Below, one piece after another: positions 1 to 9,695 of a stretch of 64,000 nucleotides of DNA. A program made the translations under genes and the position numbers. Where the stretch lies: the sequence record MW812343.1. The stretch is one strand, 5' to 3'. The notes beneath the pieces were generated by a model. It did no database searches, was not told the DNA's origin, and was given only the letters and a program-made list of their open reading frames with translations. Position 1 is the stretch's first letter. Each line of letters starts with the position of its first letter.

Positions 1-1
1 T

Positions 2-298
2 ACCCGCCCGCAGATTAAGCTGTTCGTGATGTTGGAAGATTTGGAAGCGTCTTTACTCGAACTGGGTAACCGCGACTTCCGAGGCCCAATCACGATTCGA
101 CTGGCGACACCGTTCTACGGCAAAGAAACTTACGCTAACAGCCGCATGGACGGTGTGGTGTTTGATGTCGATCACCGTACTGTTTCTACGGCAATTATCA
201 CCGACAGCGTAGAACTGTTTACGTTCTCTCGCAGAACCTTCACCACGTATCTGCGCGAACTCATCAAAGAAATTAACAAGAGCAAGGATGAGAAATGA
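2..298 (+). CDS. hypothetical protein (probably 5'-truncated)
   Basis: Frame is open from the window edge; stop overlaps the next ATG (ATGA). Confidence 0.6.
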   Translation, partial: TRPQIKLFVMLEDLEASLLELGNRDFRGPITIRLATPFYGKETYANSRMDGVVFDVDHRTVSTAIITDSVELFTFSRRTFTTYLRELIKEINKSKDEK

Positions 299-816
299 TT
301 ACATCCGCCTTTGTAGGTGTTCGCACCGCGTACACGATGCTCTACCCAAGTTATAGCCTCGCCATGATAAACCGACACACCTCGGAGAGGGTGGAATTGG
401 GTGGGGGTGAATGGAAGCGTACGGACATGGCCGATACTGGAATATGTTTCGGTGTGGCTATGGTGGTGCAAGACTATCTCCGTCTGCGGTTTCAACAGGA
501 AAGCGAAATCGTTTATATCTACCGGCGTTACGACGCCGAAGAAGGTGACGGTTTCGAAGATGTGCTTGTCCATGCTGTGTTGTTTGCAGACGGTAGATTT
601 TACGACACCGATGATTTTAATGGGGTCGAGAAGTTTGAAGACTTGACCTACATCAAAACGTTTGATGGCTTAGGTGTGCGTGACCACTACCCCGTATATG
701 CTGAGCGGGCCGATACTGGTAGTCGCGATGAGATACACAACAAGATTTCAGACAAGCTCCATACCGCCATTGAAAACATATTCACCATTTCTATCCCAAG
801 AAGGAGTATCTTTTGA
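295..816 (+). CDS. hypothetical protein, possible Cys-His-Asp (transglutaminase/papain-like) fold
   Basis: Coupled to neighbours; GICFGVA...HAVL..DGRFYD pattern. Confidence 0.55.
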   Translation: MITSAFVGVRTAYTMLYPSYSLAMINRHTSERVELGGGEWKRTDMADTGICFGVAMVVQDYLRLRFQQESEIVYIYRRYDAEEGDGFEDVLVHAVLFADGRFYDTDDFNGVEKFEDLTYIKTFDGLGVRDHYPVYAERADTGSRDEIHNKISDKLHTAIENIFTISIPRRSIF

Positions 817-1337
817 AACTGTCCATGATTGTCGCGGTCGACCGCAATAACGCGATTGGCAAGAACAACGAGCTGCCTTGGCGTTTACCGGCTGACCTCA
901 AGAACTTCAAATCCATCACCATGGGTAAACCGATGATTCTCGGCCGCAAGACGTGGGACAGCTTTGGTCGTAAACCGTTACCGGGACGCGAGCATATCGT
1001 GGTCACCCGTTACGTAGACGACCTGACCGTGGAGGGTGGTGACCCGAAACTGGTTATCGGCGTGAAGAACATCAAAGCCGCCATTGACTTCTATCGTGAT
1101 ACCGGCATGAAAGAAGTTTTCATCATTGGCGGTGCGGAAATCTACCACCAGACCATCGGGTTGGTCGACCGTATCTATCTCAGTCGTGTTGACACGGCTG
1201 TTGAAGGGGCTGACGCGTTCTTCCCGGAGATTAACCGGGACGTCTTCCAACAGACGTTATCGTTACGCCACAGCAAAGACAGTGGTGACAACACGTACGA
1301 CTGGCATTTCCAAATCTGGGATAAAGGAGGGGTTTAA
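813..1337 (+). CDS. folA: dihydrofolate reductase
   Basis: IVAVDRNNAIGKNNELPW, DLKNFK, MILGRKTWDS, IIGGAEIY motifs; AAGGAG SD, TTG start. Confidence 0.97.
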   Translation: MKLSMIVAVDRNNAIGKNNELPWRLPADLKNFKSITMGKPMILGRKTWDSFGRKPLPGREHIVVTRYVDDLTVEGGDPKLVIGVKNIKAAIDFYRDTGMKEVFIIGGAEIYHQTIGLVDRIYLSRVDTAVEGADAFFPEINRDVFQQTLSLRHSKDSGDNTYDWHFQIWDKGGV

Positions 1338-1338
1338 G

Positions 1339-1668
1339 ATGGGTGGTTATGCTCTGACAGAAATGAATGAGTACGAAATGAATGAATCGCTGGAGCGGTT
1401 CTTTCGTGAGATTACGGGGAAAGAGGAAGTGCCTGTTAAGGTACTACTGACCCAGAAGAACAGCGACCCGTACGACACGCAGTTGCGTGGCATCGCGCTG
1501 TATGAAGGGATGACGTACAACTTCCTTCGCCTGACGCCACAGCAGGCGAGCAAGGTGATGGTGAAGTCTGACCTGTGCAGAAACACGGCAGTGATTCGTG
1601 AATCGTACAACATGACCGTTGTACGCAGCAAGACATTAATTGCTGGCGTGGTTTACGAGCCGTTCTAA
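1339..1668 (+). CDS. hypothetical protein
   Basis: ATG 1339 after AGGAGG; ends just before a terminator. Confidence 0.7.
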   Translation: MGGYALTEMNEYEMNESLERFFREITGKEEVPVKVLLTQKNSDPYDTQLRGIALYEGMTYNFLRLTPQQASKVMVKSDLCRNTAVIRESYNMTVVRSKTLIAGVVYEPF

Positions 1669-1673
1669 AAGTG

Positions 1674-1701
1674 GGGAGCTTCGGCTCCCTGTTTTTTTTT
1701 T
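1674..1701 (+). terminator. intrinsic terminator
   Basis: GGGAGC-TTCG-GCTCCC + T run. Confidence 0.9.
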
Positions 1702-1722
1702 GCATTTGCGTTCAGTGATATG
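1702..1722 (+). promoter_or_regulatory. RCR-N14-TRTG middle/late-type promoter candidate
   Basis: T-run, GCA, 14 nt, TATG upstream of the structural operon. Confidence 0.55.
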
Positions 1723-1769
1723 TATAAGCACAAGCAATGGCCACCATGTGGACGGCCTGAGGGGATGAA

Positions 1770-3296
1770 ATGCAACAGTATTTCGAAGTGCCGTCACTTG
1801 ATGTGACCATCCGCAAGGCGGTTATTGACGGCATCGTCTATCGTTTATTAAACGAATCGGGTATGGACAAGTCAGACGCGGTCTTTTTAGACTCGTTTAA
1901 CACTGCCCACCAACCGGGCTCGACCCTCGGTGATGAAACCGAAGTGGAGTACGCATCCACTGACCGTGTCTACGTCGAGATTGAAGAAGAACGTGACGAG
2001 ATGGCACGTATTAACCGGGGTGTCGGATTAGGCATTGAACTGCCGTTCTTCCACGACGAAACCAACGGGATTAAAGCGTGGCCAATTCGTACCAAGTACA
2101 AAGTGAACATCACCTTCCGTCGTAATGCCAAGTCTGAGGACGAGCTGCTGCGTTGGACGAACCGATTGAACTCGCTGCTGGACATGGGTCGCTATTCACT
2201 CGTGACGGAGTCCGAAGCCTACTTCGTTATTCCTAAGCCGCTGTTCAATCTACTGAACGCGTGTTGGGTTGCTTCGGAAACGCGTGTACCTGCCTACCCT
2301 ACTTTCAAAGAGTATTTGGCTGCAAACTTTGAAGAGTCTGTTGGCGTGGTGGCTAATGATAGTGGTGGACAGCAGACACTGATGGTGCGCTACTCACCGA
2401 CCCGTGTGGAGATGGTTTACGATGTGAACTCACCCGCATGGGACAAAGATGAGAACCACTACGAAGCGACCATGACCGCGAGCTTCGAATACGACCGCCC
2501 AGAAGAGGTTGGGTGCGTCTATCCGTACATCATCAACCAGACGCCACTGCCCGATGCCTACTTCCCACAAATCGACCCACCGTGGATGGAGAACGAAGAC
2601 GGGGTAGACCGCAGCGAAATCCAGACCTCGTTTGACGGGACGTGGTGGCAGAATGAACGCCGAGAACTCATCCGGTTACCGTATCTACTTTGTCCACCGG
2701 AGCAACTTCACCGTATTCACTCTCCATTGGAAACCAAACTGCTGCGGATGTTTGGTACCGATGTGTGTTTCGGCGAAGAGAACATGGAAAACCCTGTGGT
2801 GATGTCCACCTCGGATTTGCCATACGAGTGGAACCCGGTGCTGCTTCCGTATATTGAACATTGTCGGACGATTGACCCGACAGGGATGACCGGAGTGTTC
2901 CGCACCGAATTGTTTGAAAACGGGTTACGTATTGAGCCGCGCCTGTACCACTGGCAGGACGATGAGTTTTCTTTGAATCGCACCATGGATGTACACAAAG
3001 CTTACTTCCTGACCGAGTCAGTGATTTACGACTGGCGGGGATTAGATTTGTGGCCACTCCAGAAGTACCCGAAAGCGGCAGAGTTGCTCATCAAGTGGTT
3101 GTTCCCGAATCTGGACTTCCCGGATTGGTGGTGGGACTTACCGACACTCCCGCCGAGTGCGTGGGAGGAGATAGAGGACAAAACCACCAACGACGAAACG
3201 GGCGTTGGCACAAACCGCAAACATTTGCTGCTGACAGTCTTTAATACCACCATCATTGCAATACGAGGTGCTTCGAATGCTGCAAGCGAAGGGTAA
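1770..3296 (+). CDS. putative virion structural protein
   Basis: 508 aa ORF with SD; first of a tightly coupled block typical of phiKZ-like structural modules. Confidence 0.6.
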   Translation: MQQYFEVPSLDVTIRKAVIDGIVYRLLNESGMDKSDAVFLDSFNTAHQPGSTLGDETEVEYASTDRVYVEIEEERDEMARINRGVGLGIELPFFHDETNGIKAWPIRTKYKVNITFRRNAKSEDELLRWTNRLNSLLDMGRYSLVTESEAYFVIPKPLFNLLNACWVASETRVPAYPTFKEYLAANFEESVGVVANDSGGQQTLMVRYSPTRVEMVYDVNSPAWDKDENHYEATMTASFEYDRPEEVGCVYPYIINQTPLPDAYFPQIDPPWMENEDGVDRSEIQTSFDGTWWQNERRELIRLPYLLCPPEQLHRIHSPLETKLLRMFGTDVCFGEENMENPVVMSTSDLPYEWNPVLLPYIEHCRTIDPTGMTGVFRTELFENGLRIEPRLYHWQDDEFSLNRTMDVHKAYFLTESVIYDWRGLDLWPLQKYPKAAELLIKWLFPNLDFPDWWWDLPTLPPSAWEEIEDKTTNDETGVGTNRKHLLLTVFNTTIIAIRGASNAASEG

Positions 3297-4608
3297 GGGT
3301 AAAACCACATTCGAGCCGGTTAAGACGGAACCCGAATACCTAACACAGCCCCAAGACGGTGTGAAGGAAAAAACCAACATCGTCACAGAGCCCACCAGAA
3401 CCACGGTAGTCGATTTAGAGCGTGTGCCCGCAGTTAACCTGTTGCCGGTCGTTGAAGGCTCCTCATGGCCGCTGCTGGCGTATTATCGTCGGTTAATGGG
3501 CAAGAACGACCCGAAGATGTTGTTCGACCCTAAACAGGATACGCCGGTACAGCAATACGACTGTATCCATTACATGGAACTGCGGGTTAACAGCCCACTT
3601 AGCCGCGACCAAGATGGCAGTAACAAGACGTTCACCATGTCGGGCAGTGCGACGATGGCCACGACGGTGGCGCCGAACGAAAACGATATCTTCACAGCGT
3701 CCCTCAAAGACAACCGTGTCGGTATCTTTAACGTCACCAGTAGCACCCGTAACTCGAATAACAAGGTCGCCACCTACACCATCGAGTACACTCTGCTCTT
3801 TGAAATGACGCCTGCCCACAAAGCCATCCTGGACAAGTGTACGGCGCACGAGTATTACTACGTCAAAGAGCGGGCGTTCACTGGCGGTGATACGCTGCTG
3901 ACTCCGAACGAGTACAACATGTTCCTCGCCTTGGGCGAGCATGTGAAAGCGATTGAGGAAACCTACTTACGCCGCTTCTTCAATGAAGATGCCCAGACGA
4001 TTCTCTTCCCAGACGATCGCTACGGGTATGCGTATGACGTGTTCTTGGCGCAGTTCGTTCGGGATATCGGTTTGCGGATGGTAGGTAAAGATGTGCGCAT
4101 CTATCCACACCCCACCAAACCGATTCGGGATATCGAAACTCTGTTCTCGGTTATCATGGCGCAGCAGCCATTGTTCCTGCAAGATGTGAACCGCAAGAAC
4201 AAAGCGTTGTCAGTCCGCTCGTTCCGTACGATGCAAACGTACAACAACGTAGGCTGGTCGAAGATTGCAGTGACCCGTTATTTCTCCGACGATGCACCCC
4301 TGCGACAGATGCCTGCCGAATGGCCGAAGTTCGATGATCTTACCAGTGAAGAAGTTTTGCTGGAAGGTACCGACGAAGCGTTGCCGGGGTTCTTGCCGTT
4401 GACTTACACCCCTTACCTACTGAGTGACGCCTTCTATTCGGGCGGTTACACCTCAGGGCTTGAGTATGCGCTACAGGCGTACCTGAACAAACAACCGGTT
4501 GCCACGAAGCTGGTACTCGATTTGGCGAAGCAGGTGCACCGCTTACCGAAGAATGCGCAGCTCTATTACGTACCGTTAATGTACGTGTTGTTGAAATACG
4601 TGAGGTAA
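3277..4608 (+). CDS. putative virion structural protein
   Basis: ATG 3277 with GAGGTG SD; coupled operon. Confidence 0.6.
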   Translation: MLQAKGKGKTTFEPVKTEPEYLTQPQDGVKEKTNIVTEPTRTTVVDLERVPAVNLLPVVEGSSWPLLAYYRRLMGKNDPKMLFDPKQDTPVQQYDCIHYMELRVNSPLSRDQDGSNKTFTMSGSATMATTVAPNENDIFTASLKDNRVGIFNVTSSTRNSNNKVATYTIEYTLLFEMTPAHKAILDKCTAHEYYYVKERAFTGGDTLLTPNEYNMFLALGEHVKAIEETYLRRFFNEDAQTILFPDDRYGYAYDVFLAQFVRDIGLRMVGKDVRIYPHPTKPIRDIETLFSVIMAQQPLFLQDVNRKNKALSVRSFRTMQTYNNVGWSKIAVTRYFSDDAPLRQMPAEWPKFDDLTSEEVLLEGTDEALPGFLPLTYTPYLLSDAFYSGGYTSGLEYALQAYLNKQPVATKLVLDLAKQVHRLPKNAQLYYVPLMYVLLKYVR

Positions 4609-4611
4609 GAC

Positions 4612-5154
4612 ATGAGCACGCAGAAAAAGACTGCGGCCTTCCACCTGTTCCATTCGTGGGTCGGGTGGCGAGTGCCGGAGTATTCTACTCTGACGACGTA
4701 CGCGACGCAGGAGTATGGTCTGTTTCTCCCCGAGGACAAGCAGAAAGCCCGCGCTATTCTCATGAACAAAAAGTTCGTGATGTACCGACCCTTTGAGATT
4801 GCCCAGTATCTGGCAACCGGAGGTGCGCTCGACATCAACGATCCGACCGATGGGATTAAAGTGTATGGCTGGATTATGGAGCACTTGGCGAACTGGATTA
4901 AACATATCGAGACGCCACAGTTGATACCCAAACCTATCCCCATTGTGGGGCTGCGTGAATTCAACGTCCTGGCCAACAAACTCTTCCCTGTGGCAAACCG
5001 TTATGGCTACTTTAAGAAGCCAGAGGTCACCATGGCCGATGCGGTTGCGTCATTATTCGGGGAAGTCAAATTGGTGCAGCAGCAACACCGGTTTAACGAC
5101 ACGTTGATTAAACGTATCGAAGCCGGGTACCGTAAACGTGGAGGTAATCGGTAA
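4612..5154 (+). CDS. conserved phage protein, possibly virion-associated
   Basis: 180 aa ORF, GAGG SD, operon context. Confidence 0.55.
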   Translation: MSTQKKTAAFHLFHSWVGWRVPEYSTLTTYATQEYGLFLPEDKQKARAILMNKKFVMYRPFEIAQYLATGGALDINDPTDGIKVYGWIMEHLANWIKHIETPQLIPKPIPIVGLREFNVLANKLFPVANRYGYFKKPEVTMADAVASLFGEVKLVQQQHRFNDTLIKRIEAGYRKRGGNR

Positions 5155-6458
5155 TGGCCTATGGTCGCTTTCAACAGATTGTAAACTACCACATCGCGCA
5201 AGCGGCCGGATTACCTCCCGTCGAATACAACGCGGTGGTCACCGTGAAGGGTATTCCCCTGACGGTGATTCGTGTCCATTCCCTGATACACTCCGGGAAC
5301 TTCTTTGAAGACCTGACGACGCTAACACACCTGACGCTCGTTGTGCCGTTCTCCCAGATGCGTATCGCTACGGCGAATGCTGACGGGGACTTGAAAGTGC
5401 AGATTACGCTACGTACAGCAAATCGTCTGCTGGCGACGTATACGTACCGAGGGATTGTGGTGAACAACCGTGACCCGGATGCGGAATCCCTAACCATGTT
5501 CTCTGGCCAATCGGATGAGAAAGCAATCGCCCTCGTTACGTTTGAGCTGATGGATGAGTCGATGTGGTTCCTGCGTCTGCGTAACGTCAAGGTCAGACAC
5601 CAAGAAACTGATGCCCTCACGGTAGCGCGTGCAATACTGACGGACACGTTACCCGCGTCAACGAGCGAAGGTGAAGTCTTGTCATTGGCGTATGAGAAAG
5701 AGGAGCAACAGCTCTATCGTAACATCATCCTGCCTGACAGCACCACCTTCATGGAAGTGTTCGACAAGTTGCAGGAACGTTACGGCATTTACAGTAAAGG
5801 GCTTGGCGTCTATCAACACCTGCGACGTTGGTATCTCTACCAGCTTTGGGACGAGGAGAAGTTTAATACGGCAACCGAAAAGGTGGTTGTCTATAACCTG
5901 CCCCGCGAAAAGGCAGCACAGATAGACAAAACCATTCACATCACGCCAGGGGTGCTCTACCTCATTACCGGCGGTGACACCACGTCTGTTGTGAAGACCG
6001 ATGAGAATGCGTTGAACCACGGCACCGGATACCGGGTTGGGTCGATTCGTGCGCTGGATAATCGTGCATCTTCGTTTACACCAGGCGGCGTCAGTATGAC
6101 CACGCCAGATAAGTTCGTCTCCCAAGCCAACCCCGTAGATTACGCCGGGAAGGTCACGAATGCTCCAGTGGCAAAACAGGGGTTCACGGATAACGACAAA
6201 CCGCTGCGTGCTAAACTGGCACAGTCAACCGGTACGTTTGTGAAAGTGACGTGGAACCGTTCTGCCCATGGCCTGATTAAACCGGGGATGGCGGTGAAGT
6301 ACGTGTATGCGAACGAATACGGCATCTTCTCTCGTTATGGCACTGTTGTGGGGGAAGTCTTCCAAGCGGGACTGGACGGTGGGTCAATCGCCACCGCAAA
6401 CCACAATACCCAAACCGAGTTAACGCTCTGGTTAGGGAAACAAAAAAATACAGCATAG
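5154..6458 (+). CDS. putative baseplate hub-like virion protein
   Basis: 434 aa; layout reminiscent of hub proteins (YGIY..GLGVY, C-terminal beta region); by eye only. Confidence 0.45.
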   Translation: MAYGRFQQIVNYHIAQAAGLPPVEYNAVVTVKGIPLTVIRVHSLIHSGNFFEDLTTLTHLTLVVPFSQMRIATANADGDLKVQITLRTANRLLATYTYRGIVVNNRDPDAESLTMFSGQSDEKAIALVTFELMDESMWFLRLRNVKVRHQETDALTVARAILTDTLPASTSEGEVLSLAYEKEEQQLYRNIILPDSTTFMEVFDKLQERYGIYSKGLGVYQHLRRWYLYQLWDEEKFNTATEKVVVYNLPREKAAQIDKTIHITPGVLYLITGGDTTSVVKTDENALNHGTGYRVGSIRALDNRASSFTPGGVSMTTPDKFVSQANPVDYAGKVTNAPVAKQGFTDNDKPLRAKLAQSTGTFVKVTWNRSAHGLIKPGMAVKYVYANEYGIFSRYGTVVGEVFQAGLDGGSIATANHNTQTELTLWLGKQKNTA

Positions 6459-6470
6459 TTCCGTTCTATG
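6450..6470 (+). promoter_or_regulatory. RCR-N14-TRTG promoter candidate
   Basis: A-rich, ACA, 14 nt, TATG. Confidence 0.5.
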
Positions 6471-6495
6471 CTAACGTAACCACAAGGACTTTGTA

Positions 6496-7293
6496 ATGAA
6501 CTCAGTTTACGCCCTCCGCCTACCTGGTCAACTTATCCAGGAGATTGAAGCCCACGAACAGAAAAACTTTAGCCGCCCCTCTAATCTGTGGGATCGTATT
6601 GTTAAAGTTCTGCCGCGTGATGGCGAAATCGCACTGTTGTACGTCATGGCCTCAAGCCTTGATGCCAACGTGGCTATCATCTATTCCCAAGATGGTGTGG
6701 AGCAGTGCCGTCAGCTGCCTATCGTTGAAAAAGGTTCTCTGGGCCAGTTGCTGTTCCTGCATTGCATGACCACCCTGCCGGTCTGGTCTGCACTACGCGG
6801 GCAGTACGACTTCGAGTACATTTACTTCTACGGCCAGAAGCTGTCCAACGACATCGTCGTCGGTGACCAGTCAACGTATCCGCGCTATGTTGAGCGTATC
6901 ACCCCGCAAGACACCGTCGATGCCGGTGACTTCGAGTTTAACATGTTCCGTTTCCACATGGTTGGCGAATCCCGCGATCCGCAGAACACCGTGGCGATGC
7001 GCGCAGCGATCCGTTGTGTGGCCCGTTCCACCACGCGGGAACTATCAACGAACATTAACGAAATCTTCCCGGTGCTACAATACGGCCCGTTGATTACGTT
7101 TAACTCGTATGTGCCGTTCCCGTGCCAGATTCTGACGCCGTATGATAACGAGTGTACACTCGGTGCTGCGAAAGAATACGGCCTGCACGCGAAAGACGCG
7201 GTCACCGTAATCAGTGATGAACGTATCGTGATTAGCGCACTACAAGGTGTGCAAGTCATGGATGTTCCACCAATGACGGTGATGGGTCAATAA
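6496..7293 (+). CDS. hypothetical protein
   Basis: 265 aa ORF, AAGGA SD, followed by a terminator. Confidence 0.7.
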   Translation: MNSVYALRLPGQLIQEIEAHEQKNFSRPSNLWDRIVKVLPRDGEIALLYVMASSLDANVAIIYSQDGVEQCRQLPIVEKGSLGQLLFLHCMTTLPVWSALRGQYDFEYIYFYGQKLSNDIVVGDQSTYPRYVERITPQDTVDAGDFEFNMFRFHMVGESRDPQNTVAMRAAIRCVARSTTRELSTNINEIFPVLQYGPLITFNSYVPFPCQILTPYDNECTLGAAKEYGLHAKDAVTVISDERIVISALQGVQVMDVPPMTVMGQ

Positions 7294-7303
7294 AAAAAGA
7301 AAC

Positions 7304-7337
7304 ACCTGACTCCCTGCGGAGTCAGGTATTCTCTTTT
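7304..7337. terminator. terminator, possibly bidirectional
   Basis: ACCTGACTCC-CTGC-GGAGTCAGGT, A-run before, T-rich after. Confidence 0.8.
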
Positions 7338-7426
7338 AAACGCCCGTGACGAGGTTCTCTCGTTAACGCAGGCGATTTATCGTCTTATTAATTACAAGCG
7401 CTTAGAATGGCTCTGAGGATGTTTAA

Positions 7427-7840
7427 ATGGGGGTTATTACGATGAAAGCACGAAAGAAAGCCTCTCCCGTACCCACAACACACAATTCTTTACCCTTCAC
7501 CTTCGTTCCGAATGCTGATACAGACGCACGGATTGTCCAAGGGTTGGAGACGGATGTTCCTCGGATAAAAGAGTATATCCATCGTAAACGTCGCCAGATG
7601 ATTATCCATTCCATTATCTATTACCGCATGGATGATAACGTTATCTCGGATGACACATGGCAATGCTGGGCAAACGAATTAGCCGCTGTACAGAAGCTCT
7701 ACCCACTCCATTGTAACATCGGTTTCCATGATGAATTGTTTAAAGGGTGGGATGGGTCGACCGGAATGCATCTGGATTTGCAGGAATACTACGGTGTGGC
7801 GTTAGAAGTGATAAGAATCGCCAACTCGTACCAGAAATAA
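7427..7840 (+). CDS. stand-alone NAD-dependent DNA ligase subdomain Ia-like protein
   Basis: HSIIYYRMDDNVISDDTW resembles LigA Ia (Y.YY.LD...ISD..YD); no adenylation KxDG motif. Confidence 0.6.
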   Translation: MGVITMKARKKASPVPTTHNSLPFTFVPNADTDARIVQGLETDVPRIKEYIHRKRRQMIIHSIIYYRMDDNVISDDTWQCWANELAAVQKLYPLHCNIGFHDELFKGWDGSTGMHLDLQEYYGVALEVIRIANSYQK

Positions 7841-7865
7841 TTTCAGATATATATTACCTAGGTGA
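7840..7865 (+). promoter_or_regulatory. early (virion RNAP-type) promoter
   Basis: ATTTCAGATATATATTACCTAGGTGA; contains the phiKZ early core TATATTAC. Confidence 0.8.
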
Positions 7866-7905
7866 ACTTGTACATTAAACCTTTCTTGTCACCTAGGAGT
7901 TAACC

Positions 7906-8088
7906 ATGAACGAAGTCTTAGCCCGTATCGAAGCTGCCCGTCGCGCTCGCATTTCTGAAACCAACCCACATGGCCATCAGTCAGAACAGCTCCGTGCATC
8001 AACCGCGACCTTAGAGCAATCTCTGGAACGTGGTAAAACTGCCGACCGTAATCTGGCTGACGCCATGGCACGTCTGCGTAATTCTTAA
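7906..8088 (+). CDS. small early protein
   Basis: AGGAG SD; first ORF after the early promoter. Confidence 0.75.
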   Translation: MNEVLARIEAARRARISETNPHGHQSEQLRASTATLEQSLERGKTADRNLADAMARLRNS

Positions 8089-8127
8089 TCTGTACTTATC
8101 CCCATTCGACTATCAAGGAACACTATC

Positions 8128-8265
8128 ATGCGTAAATTCACTAAAGTTGCTGCTATCCTCGTTGCCGTTGTTGCTTTCGGCGTGCTGTACAATTCAGTTT
8201 CTAATGACTACGACACCTGCCGCGCTAACGGAAACTCCGTTAACATGTGCACCGGTCGTGGTTAA
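8128..8265 (+). CDS. 45-aa membrane/exported peptide (not in ORF track)
   Basis: MRKFTKVAAILVAVVAFGVLYNSVSNDYDTCRANGNSVNMCTGRG; AAGGA SD; terminator follows. Confidence 0.75.
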   Translation: MRKFTKVAAILVAVVAFGVLYNSVSNDYDTCRANGNSVNMCTGRG

Positions 8266-8271
8266 CCCAAT

Positions 8272-8300
8272 AGGTAGCCTTCGGGCTACCTTAATTTTTT
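8272..8300 (+). terminator. intrinsic terminator
   Basis: AGGTAGCC-TTCG-GGCTACCT + T tract. Confidence 0.9.
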
Positions 8301-8321
8301 GCCTATACAAGGACTATCAAC

Positions 8322-9044
8322 ATGACACTGTTACTGAACCGCTTTGACCTCTCACCACGATTTCCAACCCTCCGCCATGACCCTAAACTCATTTCAGAAG
8401 TGGAAGACCTCCGCCTGGCGGTGTCCGAAGACCCGAACGGTTCTGACAAAGTCTTTGTGGTGATTTACAAAGGTCAAGTTATCTCCGGGGTTTCCTTCTC
8501 CGAGCCAAACTACCCGCGCGAAGAAGACAACGCTCGCGACCGCCGTAACGCAGCCTACACGTCCCTGAGTTATGCGGCGTCATATCTGATGGCCGCTACT
8601 CCGGTGTTTGCAGACCGTGCGATACTGGTCGGGAAAATGGTGGCCCTGTATACCGTGACTAATATGCACGACGATTATAACGATGACCGCATTACACAAC
8701 GTCTGCAAGAAGACCCGCGCAAAGCCCACAACGCATCCGACTGCAAACTGGATGCACTGGCGTTGCTGTCAGAGCTGTACCACGTCTGTCCAACCTTCGA
8801 CAGCAAAGGTATCGTGTCGCAGTATGAAAATGTGAAACTGAACGTGCTGTCGTTGTGGGGAATTGAGAAGATTCGCTACACCCTCACCGCCAAAGGTGGC
8901 ACTTACACCCTCACCGCGCACGTCGATGTCGGCTTTGAAGAAGACGCGCGTGACGCGGTTGATAATTTTATGTCGCAGTTTGAATTCCCACTGCAATCCA
9001 TCCCGGTTGATTCCAACGAAGAGAAAGAAGGAGAAGACGCATAA
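8322..9044 (+). CDS. hypothetical protein
   Basis: 240 aa ORF, AAGGA SD. Confidence 0.75.
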   Translation: MTLLLNRFDLSPRFPTLRHDPKLISEVEDLRLAVSEDPNGSDKVFVVIYKGQVISGVSFSEPNYPREEDNARDRRNAAYTSLSYAASYLMAATPVFADRAILVGKMVALYTVTNMHDDYNDDRITQRLQEDPRKAHNASDCKLDALALLSELYHVCPTFDSKGIVSQYENVKLNVLSLWGIEKIRYTLTAKGGTYTLTAHVDVGFEEDARDAVDNFMSQFEFPLQSIPVDSNEEKEGEDA

Positions 9045-9436
9045 TGCGAAAGAGTCGTCTGTTACTGGCATTAAAGTTTTTATTTAAAGGTAACATTTTT
9101 AAGTGTCGTCACCGTATGGGGCGTGTTAAAGATTTCCTCTACGGCCCAAAGAAATACCACCTCACAGAGCCGCGTTGCCTGTGGGATGAGACACTCGACC
9201 ACAAGTTCCGTGTGGTACGCTACCGCAGGGTATACTGCTGGTACGGAAGACTCTACTCACCATTTCGTCGGACTCACCATAAAGGTCTGGAGTTGGAAAA
9301 CGGGGTTATCGTGCCCCACGAAACCATCGCCGAATACCTCGCTGCTTTGAAAAAGGCGGACGAAGTGTTTCCCCAGTTAGTTGCTAACCTGAGAAAGGCC
9401 ACCGACGAGCTGTGTGATTCACGAATGGAAGCCTAG
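9044..9436 (+). CDS. hypothetical protein
   Basis: Coupled TAATG; terminator follows. Confidence 0.7.
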   Translation: MRKSRLLLALKFLFKGNIFKCRHRMGRVKDFLYGPKKYHLTEPRCLWDETLDHKFRVVRYRRVYCWYGRLYSPFRRTHHKGLELENGVIVPHETIAEYLAALKKADEVFPQLVANLRKATDELCDSRMEA

Positions 9437-9442
9437 CTGTAC

Positions 9443-9481
9443 CCCCAATCTCTTCGGAGGTTGGGGTCTTATATTTATTTT
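9443..9481 (+). terminator. intrinsic terminator
   Basis: CCCCAATCTC-TTCG-GAGGTTGGGG + T-rich tail. Confidence 0.8.
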
Positions 9482-9484
9482 CGC

Positions 9485-9528
9485 AAAGAAAATAAAAGTC
9501 GGTTACTCCCCACGCACGGGGAGTAACC
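9485..9528 (-). terminator. minus-strand terminator candidate
   Basis: GGTTACTCCCC-ACGCAC-GGGGAGTAACC with an A-rich tract on its left. Confidence 0.65.
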
Positions 9529-9551
9529 TTAATCACATCGGAGCATCCAAC

Positions 9552-9695
9552 ATGAACAACTTCGTCAATCACCTGCTCGCCCAGAAGAAACAAAGCGAGC
9601 GATTCAACCAACGTGTGGCGGAACTTCAACGTCCCTCTGCACCACGCTCACGCGTCAAAGGGTTAGGAGGTGACATCATCTTCAACAAAAGATAG
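9552..9695 (+). CDS. small basic protein (47 aa)
   Basis: GGAG SD before ATG 9552; hairpin follows the stop. Confidence 0.55.
   Translation: MNNFVNHLLAQKKQSERFNQRVAELQRPSAPRSRVKGLGGDIIFNKR

Noticed and set aside
8322-9044. Resemblance to Acb2/gp49-type anti-CBASS
   Set aside because: Only vague strand pattern; key G.SAC..PENF..E.G motif absent; protein too long
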